NCBI GenBank assembly: GCA_002413075.1
Contig: DHWG01000069.1
Location: forward strand, 2,119-54,466
Reading direction: 5' to 3'
Length of the DNA: 52,348 bases
Source: Desulfosporosinus sp. UBA5188
GTDB lineage: Bacteria; Bacillota; Desulfitobacteriia; Desulfitobacteriales; Desulfitobacteriaceae
Of this stretch, positions 1 through 9,779 are shown in pieces. Within the stretch, counting starts at the first letter, position 1. Every line of letters starts with the position of its first letter. Position numbers and translations under genes: made by a program. The notes under the pieces were generated by a model that worked only from the letters and a program-made list of their open reading frames with translations, was not told where the DNA came from and ran no database searches.

Positions 1-155
1 AAGATTACAAATAGAACAGACCCCAAGGCGGGTAGAAACCCTAATATACAAAGCCACCCAACAGTTTTCGCTGGAGCTCTGTTTTCTAAGAGGATCACTT
101 TCCCAATTAACATCACCTGAAGGAAGCTTAATAACAACAGAATATTCCATATCAT
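1..155 (-). CDS. cls: Cardiolipin synthase, 5' end (runs off window)
   Basis: Not in ORF track. Manual translation from ATG at 155: MIWNILLLLSFLQVMLIGKVILLENRAPAKTVGWLCILGFLPALGSVLFVI, matching the ENRxPxxTxxWL..P..G N-terminal membrane segment of Cls; RBS-like AAGGCGGTG upstream. Confidence 0.75.
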   Translation of the reverse strand, partial: MIWNILLLLSFLQVMLIGKVILLENRAPAKTVGWLCILGFLPALGSVLFVI

Positions 156-189
156 AACCCATCACCGCCTTATCTTCCGCGCATAGTTA

Positions 190-228
190 ATACTAGTTAA
201 TTGACTCAATACAACGTTTAACTAGTAT
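190..228. terminator. Inverted repeat downstream of cobD, probable terminator
   Basis: ATACTAGTTAA (190-200) / TTAACTAGTAT (218-228); no clear U-tract. Confidence 0.5.
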
Positions 229-272
229 GCACGTCTTCGGCTGATTTAAACTCTATAACAAAGAGGAGCAAT

Positions 273-1358
273 TTATTGCTCCTCTTTGTTATAATAGGTT
301 TTTAAGCCGTCAATAAGCCGCTGCATGACGAAGATGTCTTTAATGGCAACCCGAATGAATTGACCCTGAAGTCCTGTAAAATTTGCACAGTCACGCACAA
401 GAATCCCAAGCCGTCCAAGATGTTGGATGAGTTCTTTTGACGTATGATTTAAAATTTCGATCAGAGCGAAATTTACAGTAGTAGGCCATAGCCGTAAGTG
501 TTTGAAAGCATAAAGCCTAAATTCCTGATAAAAGAACGATTTACTCTCACTAAGTTTTATCCGAACGTCCGTTGCAAACTTCAAATTATTAAGGGCCGCA
601 ATCCCTGCGTGCTGTGCAAGAACATTTACCGACCAAGGATCTCTGTATTGCTCGAAAGTATCAAGTAAAGACTTATGTGCAAACACTGTGCCCAAACGCA
701 AACCTGGCAAACTGTAAAACTTCGTCAAGGAGTATAAAACAATGAGGTGTTCGTTCGTTTCTAGATCAGTGCGAGCCGACTGGCGTAGCTCGTCGGGGAG
801 AAAATCAAGAAAAGACTCATCGAAGAGAATTCGACAGCCTAGTTCTTTAGTCAGTCGAAGGATTCGTGCAAACAGATCTTTAGCAAGGTAACTACCCGTC
901 GGATTATGGGGGGAACAGAGAAAAAGCAAGTCACACCCCTGAAGGAATTCTCTCCACAGTGCTTCATCCCATTGCATGTACTTGGTCCAACCTTCAGGGC
1001 CTAGAGGTATATAGCTTACTTCAGCCCCTACAGAACGCGCTGCCCGTTCGTACTCACTAAAGGTCGGGAGTGGGATGGCCACTTTTTTCGGTTTTAACGC
1101 TTGTACGATCGTGAAGATTAAGTCACCGGCCCCATTTCCTACCATGATCGAATCGGTCGGTATTTGAAGATGGTTGGAAAGTGATTGTCTTAAGGCGTAG
1201 CTCTCAGGATCTGGATAGTTAACAATATCTACCAATCCCTGTTGAATAGAAGCCCAAACCTCTGGTGGTGGTCCAAACGGATTAATATTTGCCGAAAGGT
1301 CGATAAATGTGGCCAAACTATATAATTCTTGCGCTCTTCGTAGATTACCGCCGTGCAT
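273..1358 (-). CDS. cobD: L-threonine-O-3-phosphate decarboxylase
   Basis: N-terminal HGGN, DLSANINPFG, PLP lysine motif SLTKFYSLPGLRLG; last gene of cob operon next to pduX. Confidence 0.92.
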   Translation of the reverse strand: MHGGNLRRAQELYSLATFIDLSANINPFGPPPEVWASIQQGLVDIVNYPDPESYALRQSLSNHLQIPTDSIMVGNGAGDLIFTIVQALKPKKVAIPLPTFSEYERAARSVGAEVSYIPLGPEGWTKYMQWDEALWREFLQGCDLLFLCSPHNPTGSYLAKDLFARILRLTKELGCRILFDESFLDFLPDELRQSARTDLETNEHLIVLYSLTKFYSLPGLRLGTVFAHKSLLDTFEQYRDPWSVNVLAQHAGIAALNNLKFATDVRIKLSESKSFFYQEFRLYAFKHLRLWPTTVNFALIEILNHTSKELIQHLGRLGILVRDCANFTGLQGQFIRVAIKDIFVMQRLIDGLKTYYNKEEQ

Positions 1359-1362
1359 GCTT

Positions 1363-2283
1363 TCACCCCGTATTTTCAGTTACTGCCGTCTTTGTTATCA
1401 TGATTCCGCCAGAATGGCTGTGGAAGAGATCAAGGTACGCAGGTATAAATCTTTGACGTGCTTCATGTCGCAGGTTTTTGCATGCCTCCTGCCTGGAGAA
1501 GCTATCTAAGGGGAAGACTCCCGCTAGCAGTGTACCACTATGGGCAGAAACGACCCCGAGTCCTCCCTTCTTAAGGACCCAGGTCACGAAGGACTCAAAC
1601 TGCATTTTCCGATTGATCTCCAAATTGCATCGTGCACTGATTGTCCCAGCTACCGCTAATTTTTCTAAATCGATTTGAGCTATACCTTCAAGCGCTAAGA
1701 GATAGGCCCTAGCAATTTCGCCTTCATAACGGCGATAATGTTCCGTTAATCCGGGTCTAGCATTAAAGATTCTTGTATCGATCGCTCCACCCCAATCTAA
1801 AGCGAGAAAGAGCGCGGGGACCGAAGGGCCGAGCATACGATGCTTATGCCTTACCACATGTTCTATCTCCGTAATTCCTGGGAACATGACACTGTCGCTC
1901 GGCTCAATCCGTAAAGCTAAATCTGCCAAGCGCTCAGGAACGGGATCTTCTCCTAAGGCAATCAAGGCGGCTGCAGCTACGGCAGTAATGTCAGCGGTTG
2001 AGCTGGCCATTCCTTTCCCCTCTGGAAGCTGCTCTAGAAATTCCACCTTACCGCTTAAGTCTGGAAGGCCTAAATCTTCCTGGAGCAATTCCAGCACCTG
2101 TAAAGCTTTTGTTTTGTGGAGAGGAAGATCCCAACCTGTGGCGTTCATGTTCAGAGACACCCTAACTTCAGAAAAACGATCAATCGGACAATCCACCAGA
2201 AAGGGGATTCCGTTTCTAGCCCCTTGTACCCATTCTCCACACGTCCCAGGACATCTGACCAACCCTATCGTGCGGTCCATCAT
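1363..2283 (-). CDS. pduX: L-threonine kinase (GHMP family)
   Basis: CPGTCGEWVQG, PEGKGMASSTADI (GHMP loop), AHSGTL; adjacent to cobD. Confidence 0.9.
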   Translation of the reverse strand: MMDRTIGLVRCPGTCGEWVQGARNGIPFLVDCPIDRFSEVRVSLNMNATGWDLPLHKTKALQVLELLQEDLGLPDLSGKVEFLEQLPEGKGMASSTADITAVAAAALIALGEDPVPERLADLALRIEPSDSVMFPGITEIEHVVRHKHRMLGPSVPALFLALDWGGAIDTRIFNARPGLTEHYRRYEGEIARAYLLALEGIAQIDLEKLAVAGTISARCNLEINRKMQFESFVTWVLKKGGLGVVSAHSGTLLAGVFPLDSFSRQEACKNLRHEARQRFIPAYLDLFHSHSGGIMITKTAVTENTG

Positions 2284-3656
2284 ACGTCAATTCTCCTAGA
2301 ACGTGATGAAAACCAATTCTCAAGTAACTCAGATTGTCCTGAAAAATGCAGATGAAGATAGGAGGCAACGATATTATCCTGGGCATATCCCTCCATCCGA
2401 GCCGATTGATCCCCTTTAAACAACTCATAGGCGGGCGGAAATTCTTGATCAAAGATGACGCGTGAATAATGAAATTCATGCCCTTGAACCGTTGTGCCTC
2501 GTGGGCCTAAAAAAGTATCTTCATGCAAAACTCCTCGTCGATATCCTATGCCCTGTAAGCGTGTTGTCATTTCTGCTTTCATGGGAATGAGACCAGCTAA
2601 GGGGAATTCTCTTCCTTCAAAATCCGTGATAGACCTACCTAGGTACATATACCCTCCACATTCTGCATAGACCGGTTTACCACTTGCCGCATAAGAGCGA
2701 AGGGAGTCCAGGAAGGTAAGGTTTTTACTCAAACGGTTAAGATGCAGCTCTGGAAATCCCCCTCCGATGAAAATACCGTCAAGGTCAGGTGGGAGTGTCA
2801 TGTCGTGCAAAGGGCTAAATGGTACAACTATGAAATTCATGCGTTTGGCCAAGTCTAATGCATCTTGATAGTAAAAAAGAAAGGCCTCATCCAGTGCCAA
2901 GCCTAACCTGAATTTATTCTCTTGAACCTTCGGTTGAGACGATCTTGGGACCAAGAAAGATTCGTCGAGATCGGGGGCACCGAGCATAATTCGTTCAACT
3001 TGCTCCAAATCGATGTGTTTAGAAACAAGCTGTGAGAGCGTATCAATAAAGCCCTCTAAGAGTCCACCTTCTCCCACCGGAACCAATCCCAAATGTCGCT
3101 CTGGAAGGTGTAGCGCCGCTTCTTTTGGGAGAACTCCGAGGACAGGAATCTGAATTTCATTGAGGGCCTCTCTGAGTATCTTTTCCTGGGCAGAAGATTT
3201 TACGCGGTTAAGGATAACGCCTTGAAGATTTACTGCAGGATCATAAGTATTAAATCCGTGAACTAAGGCGGCTACGCTGCGTGACATCGAGGACGCATCA
3301 ACAATGAGAATAATGGGAGCCTGAAGGAGTTTAGCCACATCAGCGGTACTTCCAAAGCCAGCGGTTCCGCTCATACCATCAAACATGCCCATGACACCCT
3401 CAATCACGGCCCAACGCTCCCCAATATTTTGAGCAAAGACCGAAGGGAGCTGCTCACCGAGAAGCCAGCGATCAAGATTGCGGGACGCCAACCCCGTCGC
3501 TGCAGCATGGTAACTAGGGTCGATGTAATCTGGACCCACCTTGTACCCTTGGATTGACCGCTTCCGTTTTTTCAAAGCCGCCATTAGGCCAGTAGCTAGC
3601 GTTGTTTTTCCAACGCCACTATGCGTTCCCGCTATGACAAGACGAGGAATCTTCAT
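2280..3656 (-). CDS. cbiA: Cobyrinate a,c-diamide synthase
   Basis: SGVGKTT, KVGPDYIDP, IEGVMG, GATase YAECGG, GHEFHYS. Confidence 0.95.
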   Translation of the reverse strand: MKIPRLVIAGTHSGVGKTTLATGLMAALKKRKRSIQGYKVGPDYIDPSYHAAATGLASRNLDRWLLGEQLPSVFAQNIGERWAVIEGVMGMFDGMSGTAGFGSTADVAKLLQAPIILIVDASSMSRSVAALVHGFNTYDPAVNLQGVILNRVKSSAQEKILREALNEIQIPVLGVLPKEAALHLPERHLGLVPVGEGGLLEGFIDTLSQLVSKHIDLEQVERIMLGAPDLDESFLVPRSSQPKVQENKFRLGLALDEAFLFYYQDALDLAKRMNFIVVPFSPLHDMTLPPDLDGIFIGGGFPELHLNRLSKNLTFLDSLRSYAASGKPVYAECGGYMYLGRSITDFEGREFPLAGLIPMKAEMTTRLQGIGYRRGVLHEDTFLGPRGTTVQGHEFHYSRVIFDQEFPPAYELFKGDQSARMEGYAQDNIVASYLHLHFSGQSELLENWFSSRSRRIDV

Positions 3657-3679
3657 GCTGTTCTCCCTCCTTTAAAAGT

Positions 3680-4618
3680 TCAGACCACGAAAGCTATTAT
3701 AAGAGCTGGCAAAAGCGATAACCAGGTTGCAGTACGCACCAGAGAACGACAATGAGCAATGTCCGAGGCGTTCACAGGATGCAGCAAATCTCCCATTTCT
3801 GCCCGGTGATGAGGCTGACCCTCATAAACATTGATGCCGCCTAGACGAACGCCTAGTAACCCAGCGACAACACTTTCCGGATGACCGCCGTTTGGACTGG
3901 GATGACCTGAAGCATCCCGTTTCCATATTCGATAAGACTGGAGAACCGGCATCTGCCTCAGCCAGCCTGCTATCAGTAAAAGAAGGACCGATAATCGTGC
4001 TGGCACGTAATTCGCCCAATCATCCGTTCGGGCAGAGAACCAACCAAACTCCTCATAGCGATCGTTTCGGTAACCGATCATCGAATCCAGCGTACTAATT
4101 GCTTTGAACGCCATCGCTAGAGGAGCGCCCCCAAGTGCAGCATATAAAAGTGGCGATAAGATCCCATCGACGAAGTTTTCGGCGAGAGTTTCGATCGTTC
4201 CTCTGACAATCTCACCTTCAGTAAGATTGTCAGTATCTCTACTAACCAACCAAGAAAGACGATGCCGAGCCTCACTTAAATCGTCGTTTTTTAGAGGGAT
4301 TATAACACTTTGTCCCGCATCTAAAAGCGATTTACCGGCCAAGGAAGTAAAGATAAAATAAGCACTCACACCTAGACCCAAGACAGGATGAATCGCACTT
4401 GCTCCAAAAACTGTAGCCCACGTGAGTAGATAAGTTCCTCCGACTACCAGGCAGGTTAGAAGCACTCCACTGCGGCGACGTGCCACTGCAGTTCCCAGAT
4501 TAAGGTGACGCTCTAGATAGGCAATGACGTTTCCAATGCCCACGACAGGATGGGGCCAGCGTCGGGGATCCCCCAGGAGTTGGTCGAGAAGAAATCCGAT
4601 CAGTACAGAATACATCAT
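3680..4618 (-). CDS. cbiB: Adenosylcobinamide-phosphate synthase
   Basis: GDP..WPHPV, VSRDT, ETLAEN, LDSMIGY, HPSPNGG. Confidence 0.95.
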   Translation of the reverse strand: MMYSVLIGFLLDQLLGDPRRWPHPVVGIGNVIAYLERHLNLGTAVARRRSGVLLTCLVVGGTYLLTWATVFGASAIHPVLGLGVSAYFIFTSLAGKSLLDAGQSVIIPLKNDDLSEARHRLSWLVSRDTDNLTEGEIVRGTIETLAENFVDGILSPLLYAALGGAPLAMAFKAISTLDSMIGYRNDRYEEFGWFSARTDDWANYVPARLSVLLLLIAGWLRQMPVLQSYRIWKRDASGHPSPNGGHPESVVAGLLGVRLGGINVYEGQPHHRAEMGDLLHPVNASDIAHCRSLVRTATWLSLLPALIIAFVV

Positions 4619-4619
4619 G

Positions 4620-6170
4620 TTAATTTACCCGGTCGGAGCCTAACCCCATTATAGTACGAACACGTTCAATATCCACACTTTGGCGGACCAAATCCGCTAA
4701 CTCATTAAACGCCGATTCACGAAGCGCTGCCTGTGAAAGTGACGCTTCTACTGGTCTGAGCTGGCCTCTGCGCTGCCAAAGCCATATCAAGAGTGCCGTC
4801 CGTAAACCGTCATTATCAAAGATCCCATGTAAGTACGTTCCATACGAGTTACCCGCTTGCAAACCATCTGTGTAGGAGACTCCATTCGAGGTCAAGTTGA
4901 ACAACGGCGACTGTCCTTTGTCCATTGTGGAGCGCCCCATATGAATCTCATAACCTACAACTGATTCTCCGGTACAAGCGGTAAAAAAGCCTTGCTCTGC
5001 AAGAATCGTCCCCTTACTCTGAACGGTATGTTTCTGTGGCTCAAATTCTGTGACCATCGGCAAAATACCGAGCCCAATCATCTCTTCAAGCTCTGACTCT
5101 GTATGCAATGGATCCATCACTAAGCGTCCCATCATCTGGTACCCTCCGCAAATCCCAATCAGTGGAACCTCTTGCTCACAAAGTGCCTGAACCTGCGCCC
5201 CTAAACCGCTCTCATGAAGAAAACGTAAATCGGCAAGGGTATTTTTACTGCCTGGCAGGATCACAAGATCTGGTTTCCCTAGATTCGCAACCTCACTAAC
5301 ATAGCGCACAGAGACATCCGTTTCATCCTGAAGCGCATCAAAGTCTGTAAAGTTAGAAAGATACGGGAATCGAATGACCGCAATGTCCAATTGTTCTGAG
5401 GAGGAAACGGAGGGTTTCTCATCGGCTTCACTGATGGCTACAGAATCTTCATCAGGAATGCGTATTTTAAAATAGGGGACGACTCCAAGCACTGGAATGC
5501 CTGTTCTTTCTTCCATAAAGTCTAAAGCCGGTTGAAGAAGCGCCAGTTCACCACGAAACTTATTAAAAATAATTCCTTTAATCAAAGCTCGTTCCTCGGG
5601 TTCTACTAATTCCAAGGTCCCCACAACAGCAGCTAAAGCCCCACCGCGGTCGATGTCTGCTACCAACAGCACGGGTGAATTGGCCTCCAAAGCCACTCGC
5701 ATATTGACAATGTCGTTCGATTTAAGATTAACTTCTGCGGGACTCCCAGCCCCTTCAATCACGACGACCTCGAAGTCATCGAGCAGCCCATGCAGGGCAT
5801 CCTTTACAAACGGCCAGGTCATTCGTTGATATTCACCGTGATAACGCAAGGCCGTCACATTTCCCTGAGACTGACCCATAATGACGACTTGGGAACCTGT
5901 AGGACCACTTGGTTTTAGTAAAATGGGGTTCATACGCACTTCAGGCTCAACTCCTGCTGCTTGAGCCTGAACCACCTGTGCTCTCCCCATCTCTCCACCT
6001 GTTGCTGTCACATAAGAGTTAAGGGCCATATTCTGCGCTTTAAAGGGACTGACTAGATAACCTTCTTGGTAAAATATCCTGCAAAACGCAGCAGCCAGAA
6101 CGCTTTTTCCAACACTGGAAGAGGTCCCTTGGATCATGAGTTTTGCAGCGACCTTTTTATTAGAAGACAC
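4620..6170 (-). CDS. cbiP: Cobyric acid synthase; start probably GTG 6170 or ATG 6176
   Basis: QGTSSSVGKS, PFKAQNMALNS, EGAGSPAEVN, GICGGYQM, GTYLHG; GGAGGT lies 6 nt before GTG 6170. Confidence 0.95.
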   Translation of the reverse strand: MSSNKKVAAKLMIQGTSSSVGKSVLAAAFCRIFYQEGYLVSPFKAQNMALNSYVTATGGEMGRAQVVQAQAAGVEPEVRMNPILLKPSGPTGSQVVIMGQSQGNVTALRYHGEYQRMTWPFVKDALHGLLDDFEVVVIEGAGSPAEVNLKSNDIVNMRVALEANSPVLLVADIDRGGALAAVVGTLELVEPEERALIKGIIFNKFRGELALLQPALDFMEERTGIPVLGVVPYFKIRIPDEDSVAISEADEKPSVSSSEQLDIAVIRFPYLSNFTDFDALQDETDVSVRYVSEVANLGKPDLVILPGSKNTLADLRFLHESGLGAQVQALCEQEVPLIGICGGYQMMGRLVMDPLHTESELEEMIGLGILPMVTEFEPQKHTVQSKGTILAEQGFFTACTGESVVGYEIHMGRSTMDKGQSPLFNLTSNGVSYTDGLQAGNSYGTYLHGIFDNDGLRTALLIWLWQRRGQLRPVEASLSQAALRESAFNELADLVRQSVDIERVRTIMGLGSDRVN

Positions 6171-6195
6171 AATCATACCTCCACTTCCTAAAATG

Positions 6196-6834
6196 CTAGA
6201 GAGCAAGTTGCTTTAAAGCGGTATAAATTAACGCATTAACTACCGTCGCTGCGAGTGGGCTTCCCCCACGCGTTCCTAGTACCGTAATTGACGGCAGGGA
6301 TTGACGTTCCCACAGTAAATCCTTCGACTCTTTAGCCCCGACAAAACCGACCGGTATACCTATAATCAAGGCAGGACGTGTTTCTGGATTCTCCGCTAAA
6401 CGTAAGACTTCAAGCAAGGCAGTTGGCGCATTACCAATCGCTACAATCGATCCCCGTAGACTCTCTGGATGCATTCGAAAGGCTGTCATTGAGCGGGTTA
6501 TACCCCATTCTTTGGCCTGTTCAGCAACTCCAGGGGCATTAAGAAAACTTTGCACGGTTCCGCCCAAAGATTTAAGTTTTTCTTTAGCAATACCTGCCCG
6601 AACCATCTCAACATCTGTAATGACGTTCGCACCCTCTTTCAGAGCCTTGAGCCCGCAAGCGATCGCCTGAGAATGAATCGCTATGGCTTGTTCTAGAGAT
6701 GGATCTCCACTAGTATGAATCAATCGTTCCACGACGGGGAATTCATCCTCTGCCCATAGGCGGGTTAAACCTGCCCGAATAATGCACATACTTTGTGTCT
6801 CGATTTGTCCCGGATCGAAGATGAATTCGGTCAT
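6196..6834 (-). CDS. cbiC: Cobalt-precorrin-8 methylmutase
   Basis: RLIHTSGD, IGNAPTAL, PVGFVGAKESK, RGGS. Confidence 0.95.
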   Translation of the reverse strand: MTEFIFDPGQIETQSMCIIRAGLTRLWAEDEFPVVERLIHTSGDPSLEQAIAIHSQAIACGLKALKEGANVITDVEMVRAGIAKEKLKSLGGTVQSFLNAPGVAEQAKEWGITRSMTAFRMHPESLRGSIVAIGNAPTALLEVLRLAENPETRPALIIGIPVGFVGAKESKDLLWERQSLPSITVLGTRGGSPLAATVVNALIYTALKQLAL

Positions 6835-7199
6835 GCTTTCACGGCCTCCTTGATTCGAAGGCTAGCCAGCTTCGCGATACCGTCATCCGCTCCCAACTCT
6901 TGTGTGAATATAATTTCAACGTTCGGATGTTGTTCGCGAATTTCACGCAATTCTTCATGGATATCCACGGTCACGTGAATTCCTCGAAAAAGAAAAAGCG
7001 GCATCACGACAATCCGCAAGGCACCTTCCAAAATTTTTGCTTCTACCGCTTCAGGAAGACTGGGTTTGCCATGAGCCATATATGCTGGCGTTACGGTTTC
7101 TCCCAAAATGTGACTCACCTTTTGAGCGACGTCCAATAGTCCTTGGTTTGCCTCTGCACGACGGCTACCGTGTCCTAAAATTATGATCTCTGATTTCAT
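6831..7199 (-). CDS. cbiX: Sirohydrochlorin cobaltochelatase, short single-domain CbiX
   Basis: GHGSR and PLFLFRGIHVTVDI His motifs; 122 aa; inside cbi operon. Confidence 0.85.
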   Translation of the reverse strand: MKSEIIILGHGSRRAEANQGLLDVAQKVSHILGETVTPAYMAHGKPSLPEAVEAKILEGALRIVVMPLFLFRGIHVTVDIHEELREIREQHPNVEIIFTQELGADDGIAKLASLRIKEAVKA

Positions 7200-7954
7200 A
7201 GTATCTCCTCCAAATGCTTAATAAACTGGGATAGTGAACTATCTTGCCCATCAGTCATCGGTCGTTTTAGAATAACTAACGGAATGTTTAAATGTTGGCA
7301 GGCTTGCACTTTTTCAAGGGTTCCTCCCACTTTGCCACTCTCTTTGGTGACCACAACGTCGATCTTCAATTGCTTACACATCGCTTCATCCCACTCTTGG
7401 GAAAAAGGTCCTTGTGCCGCTATGATTTGATTGGGTTTAAAACCTAAGTGTTCACAACGTGCTAACACCTCAGAGGTGGGTAGAACGCGAATAAAGAGAT
7501 TTTTTTCTTGCGAAGAAAGAAGTGATACCCACTCAGGCAAGACATTGCTTCCAGTCGTGAGCAAGATACGTTGCCCTAGCTCTGCAGCGATAAGTGCTGC
7601 ATTAGCAATGTTAGCGGCCCAATGAATCAGGGGATGATTTTCCAGTTCTAGCGAAGAACGGTGCCATGGCAGGTAAGGTATTGATCGTTCTTCGCAGGCC
7701 GCTTTTGCGAGTTCTTTCACCCGTAATGCGTAGGGATGGGTGGCATCCACAATGGCTGCAAACCCTCCATCCACTAAAAGTTCTACCATACTCTGAGCAT
7801 CCATGGCTCCAGAACGTACTTGGAGACCTTGTTCTTGAGCTAAATCTGCACCATAAGAGGTCAGTGTTGAAACTAGAATATCATGACCACGTCTCTTTAG
7901 GGCAGCCGCTAGTTCTCGGCCATCCTCTGTACCGGCCAGGACTAAGAGTTTCAC
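7196..7954 (-). CDS. cbiJ: Cobalt-precorrin-6A reductase
   Basis: LAGTEDG, DATHPYA, LTTGS, QGPFS, VTKESG. Confidence 0.95.
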   Translation of the reverse strand: MKLLVLAGTEDGRELAAALKRRGHDILVSTLTSYGADLAQEQGLQVRSGAMDAQSMVELLVDGGFAAIVDATHPYALRVKELAKAACEERSIPYLPWHRSSLELENHPLIHWAANIANAALIAAELGQRILLTTGSNVLPEWVSLLSSQEKNLFIRVLPTSEVLARCEHLGFKPNQIIAAQGPFSQEWDEAMCKQLKIDVVVTKESGKVGGTLEKVQACQHLNIPLVILKRPMTDGQDSSLSQFIKHLEEIL

Positions 7955-8775
7955 AGCATGTACCCTCGAGGAGTCACCATATAAGGTCCGAGCATACGAG
8001 TTTGAGAGTTCCCGATAATTACGGTGGTCAGCATGTCTATTGGATGATTGGTGAAATCAGCAAGGGTCGTGATTTGTACGCTGGAATCCTCACCCCGTAG
8101 TGCCTCACGAACAAGGCCAACTGGGGTTTCTGGACTACGGAAGCGCAGAAGGATCTCACGTGTCGTCTCAATGTGTTGCGTACGGGTTTTACTTTTCGGA
8201 TTATAAATAGCCAGGATAAAATCTCCTTCAGCAGCTAAGCGCACACGTTTCTCAATGACGTCCCAAGGGGTTAAGAGATCACTTAGGCTTATCACGGCAA
8301 AGTCGTGCATTAAAGGGGCCCCAAGCATGGAAGCCGCTGCACTGGCCGCGGTAACTCCCGGAATGATCTCTAGAGGAAGGTCAAGAAGACCTTCTTGATC
8401 AAGGCACTCAATTAGAATACCCGCCATACCGTAAACCCCAGCATCTCCACTACTAATAACGGCGACACGGTGGCCCTCGGCGGCTAAACGTATTCCTTCT
8501 CGGCAACGGTCAATTTCTTGACGCATGCCAGTCGCTACAATTTGTTGATGCGTTAATAACGGTCGAATAAGTTCTATGTAGGTTTTATAGCCAACGATGA
8601 ATTCGGCTTCATTTAAGACTGACTGAACCCGTGCGGTCATATGTTCAGGGTCTCCGGGCCCGATGCCCACGACAAAGAGTTTTCCAGACTGATTGCTACT
8701 GTGACCCCCCGCCCCTTGAACTTGGACAGAATTAGCTGTCCCTTTTGAGTTCCCAGCAAGCTCGCTGCTTCGCAT
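7951..8775 (-). CDS. cbiH: Cobalt-precorrin-3B C17-methyltransferase
   Basis: GIGPGD, SSGDAGVYGMAG, ISLSDLLTPW, TPRGY; start uncertain because it overlaps cbiG. Confidence 0.93.
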   Translation of the reverse strand: MRSSELAGNSKGTANSVQVQGAGGHSSNQSGKLFVVGIGPGDPEHMTARVQSVLNEAEFIVGYKTYIELIRPLLTHQQIVATGMRQEIDRCREGIRLAAEGHRVAVISSGDAGVYGMAGILIECLDQEGLLDLPLEIIPGVTAASAAASMLGAPLMHDFAVISLSDLLTPWDVIEKRVRLAAEGDFILAIYNPKSKTRTQHIETTREILLRFRSPETPVGLVREALRGEDSSVQITTLADFTNHPIDMLTTVIIGNSQTRMLGPYMVTPRGYML

Positions 8776-9779
8776 ACACCATCTACTCCTATCTTTTCTT
8801 TCACAAAGTTAGATCGACTTAACTGTTGTTTTTCGATGACCGCTTGAAGTTCTATTGCTGGAAAGGTTTGAAACGGGACCCGCAGGTACTTAGCCGCTTC
8901 AATCAGACCAACTTCATCAGCTTTAAGATCAATACTATAGATCCCGCACACTGCCTTAAGGGATGCCCCGATCTGCTCAACAGCCGTCTCGATTCCCGCT
9001 AAGACAGCCTCAGTGGAAATTCCTCGACGGCAGCCAACCCCAACACTCAAAATAGGTGGAACCAAATATAGGAGATCCGCCTTAATAGTTCGGTCCGGAA
9101 ATGCGCTTATAATCACATTGGCTTTTTCTTTCTCTTTGTCTGGTAAGAAATGATAATGCTCATCGTTCACCCAAGCGACTTCAGCGTTCAAGGGGTAACT
9201 GGTCCAAACATCGAGAGAATCTTGTTCTAAAAGTAAACGATTGACCGTTGGCAAATGGTCTATAGGTTCAACTTTCCAACCATACCTGCGAGCGTACTCA
9301 TCAGGAGCCACTAAGCCCCGAACATCAGTCGCTGTCGTAATAACCGCTTGAGCCCCAATCTGACACGCTAGATGATTTGCCCAAGCGTTTGCGCCACCTA
9401 AATGCCCGGAAAGTAAAGGAATAATGAACTTACCTTCCTCATCTAAGACAAGCACGGCTGGGTCTCGATCTTTGCCTTGGAGAAGTGAAGCAATTTGGCG
9501 TACCACAATTCCTGTAGCCATGACGAAAATGAGCACAGAATGTTGCTGCCATAGTCTCGGGACGATATCCGCCAAACGCTGAAACACATGCAATTCAGGT
9601 TGGAAATCTCCTTGACCTTCACCCTGGTTCTTGTTTGAACAGACTGTCCTTTCGTGACTATAGAACGCTTGAGCAACTGTGTCCGGAAGCCCCTCTCCAA
9701 TACGCCGCGCTGTGGCCAGCCCTCGGTCGGTTAATGTTATCAAAGCGATCGTTGCCTTTGTTTTTCCGTTGATGGTCAC
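8637..9779 (-). CDS. cbiG: Cobalt-precorrin-5A hydrolase
   Basis: MATGIVVR, DPAVLVLD, LSGHLGGAN, ITTATD, GVGCRRG, GVCEAA. Confidence 0.95.
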   Translation of the reverse strand: MTINGKTKATIALITLTDRGLATARRIGEGLPDTVAQAFYSHERTVCSNKNQGEGQGDFQPELHVFQRLADIVPRLWQQHSVLIFVMATGIVVRQIASLLQGKDRDPAVLVLDEEGKFIIPLLSGHLGGANAWANHLACQIGAQAVITTATDVRGLVAPDEYARRYGWKVEPIDHLPTVNRLLLEQDSLDVWTSYPLNAEVAWVNDEHYHFLPDKEKEKANVIISAFPDRTIKADLLYLVPPILSVGVGCRRGISTEAVLAGIETAVEQIGASLKAVCGIYSIDLKADEVGLIEAAKYLRVPFQTFPAIELQAVIEKQQLSRSNFVKEKIGVDGVCEAASLLGTQKGQLILSKFKGRGVTVAISLENSLSWASGPETLNI

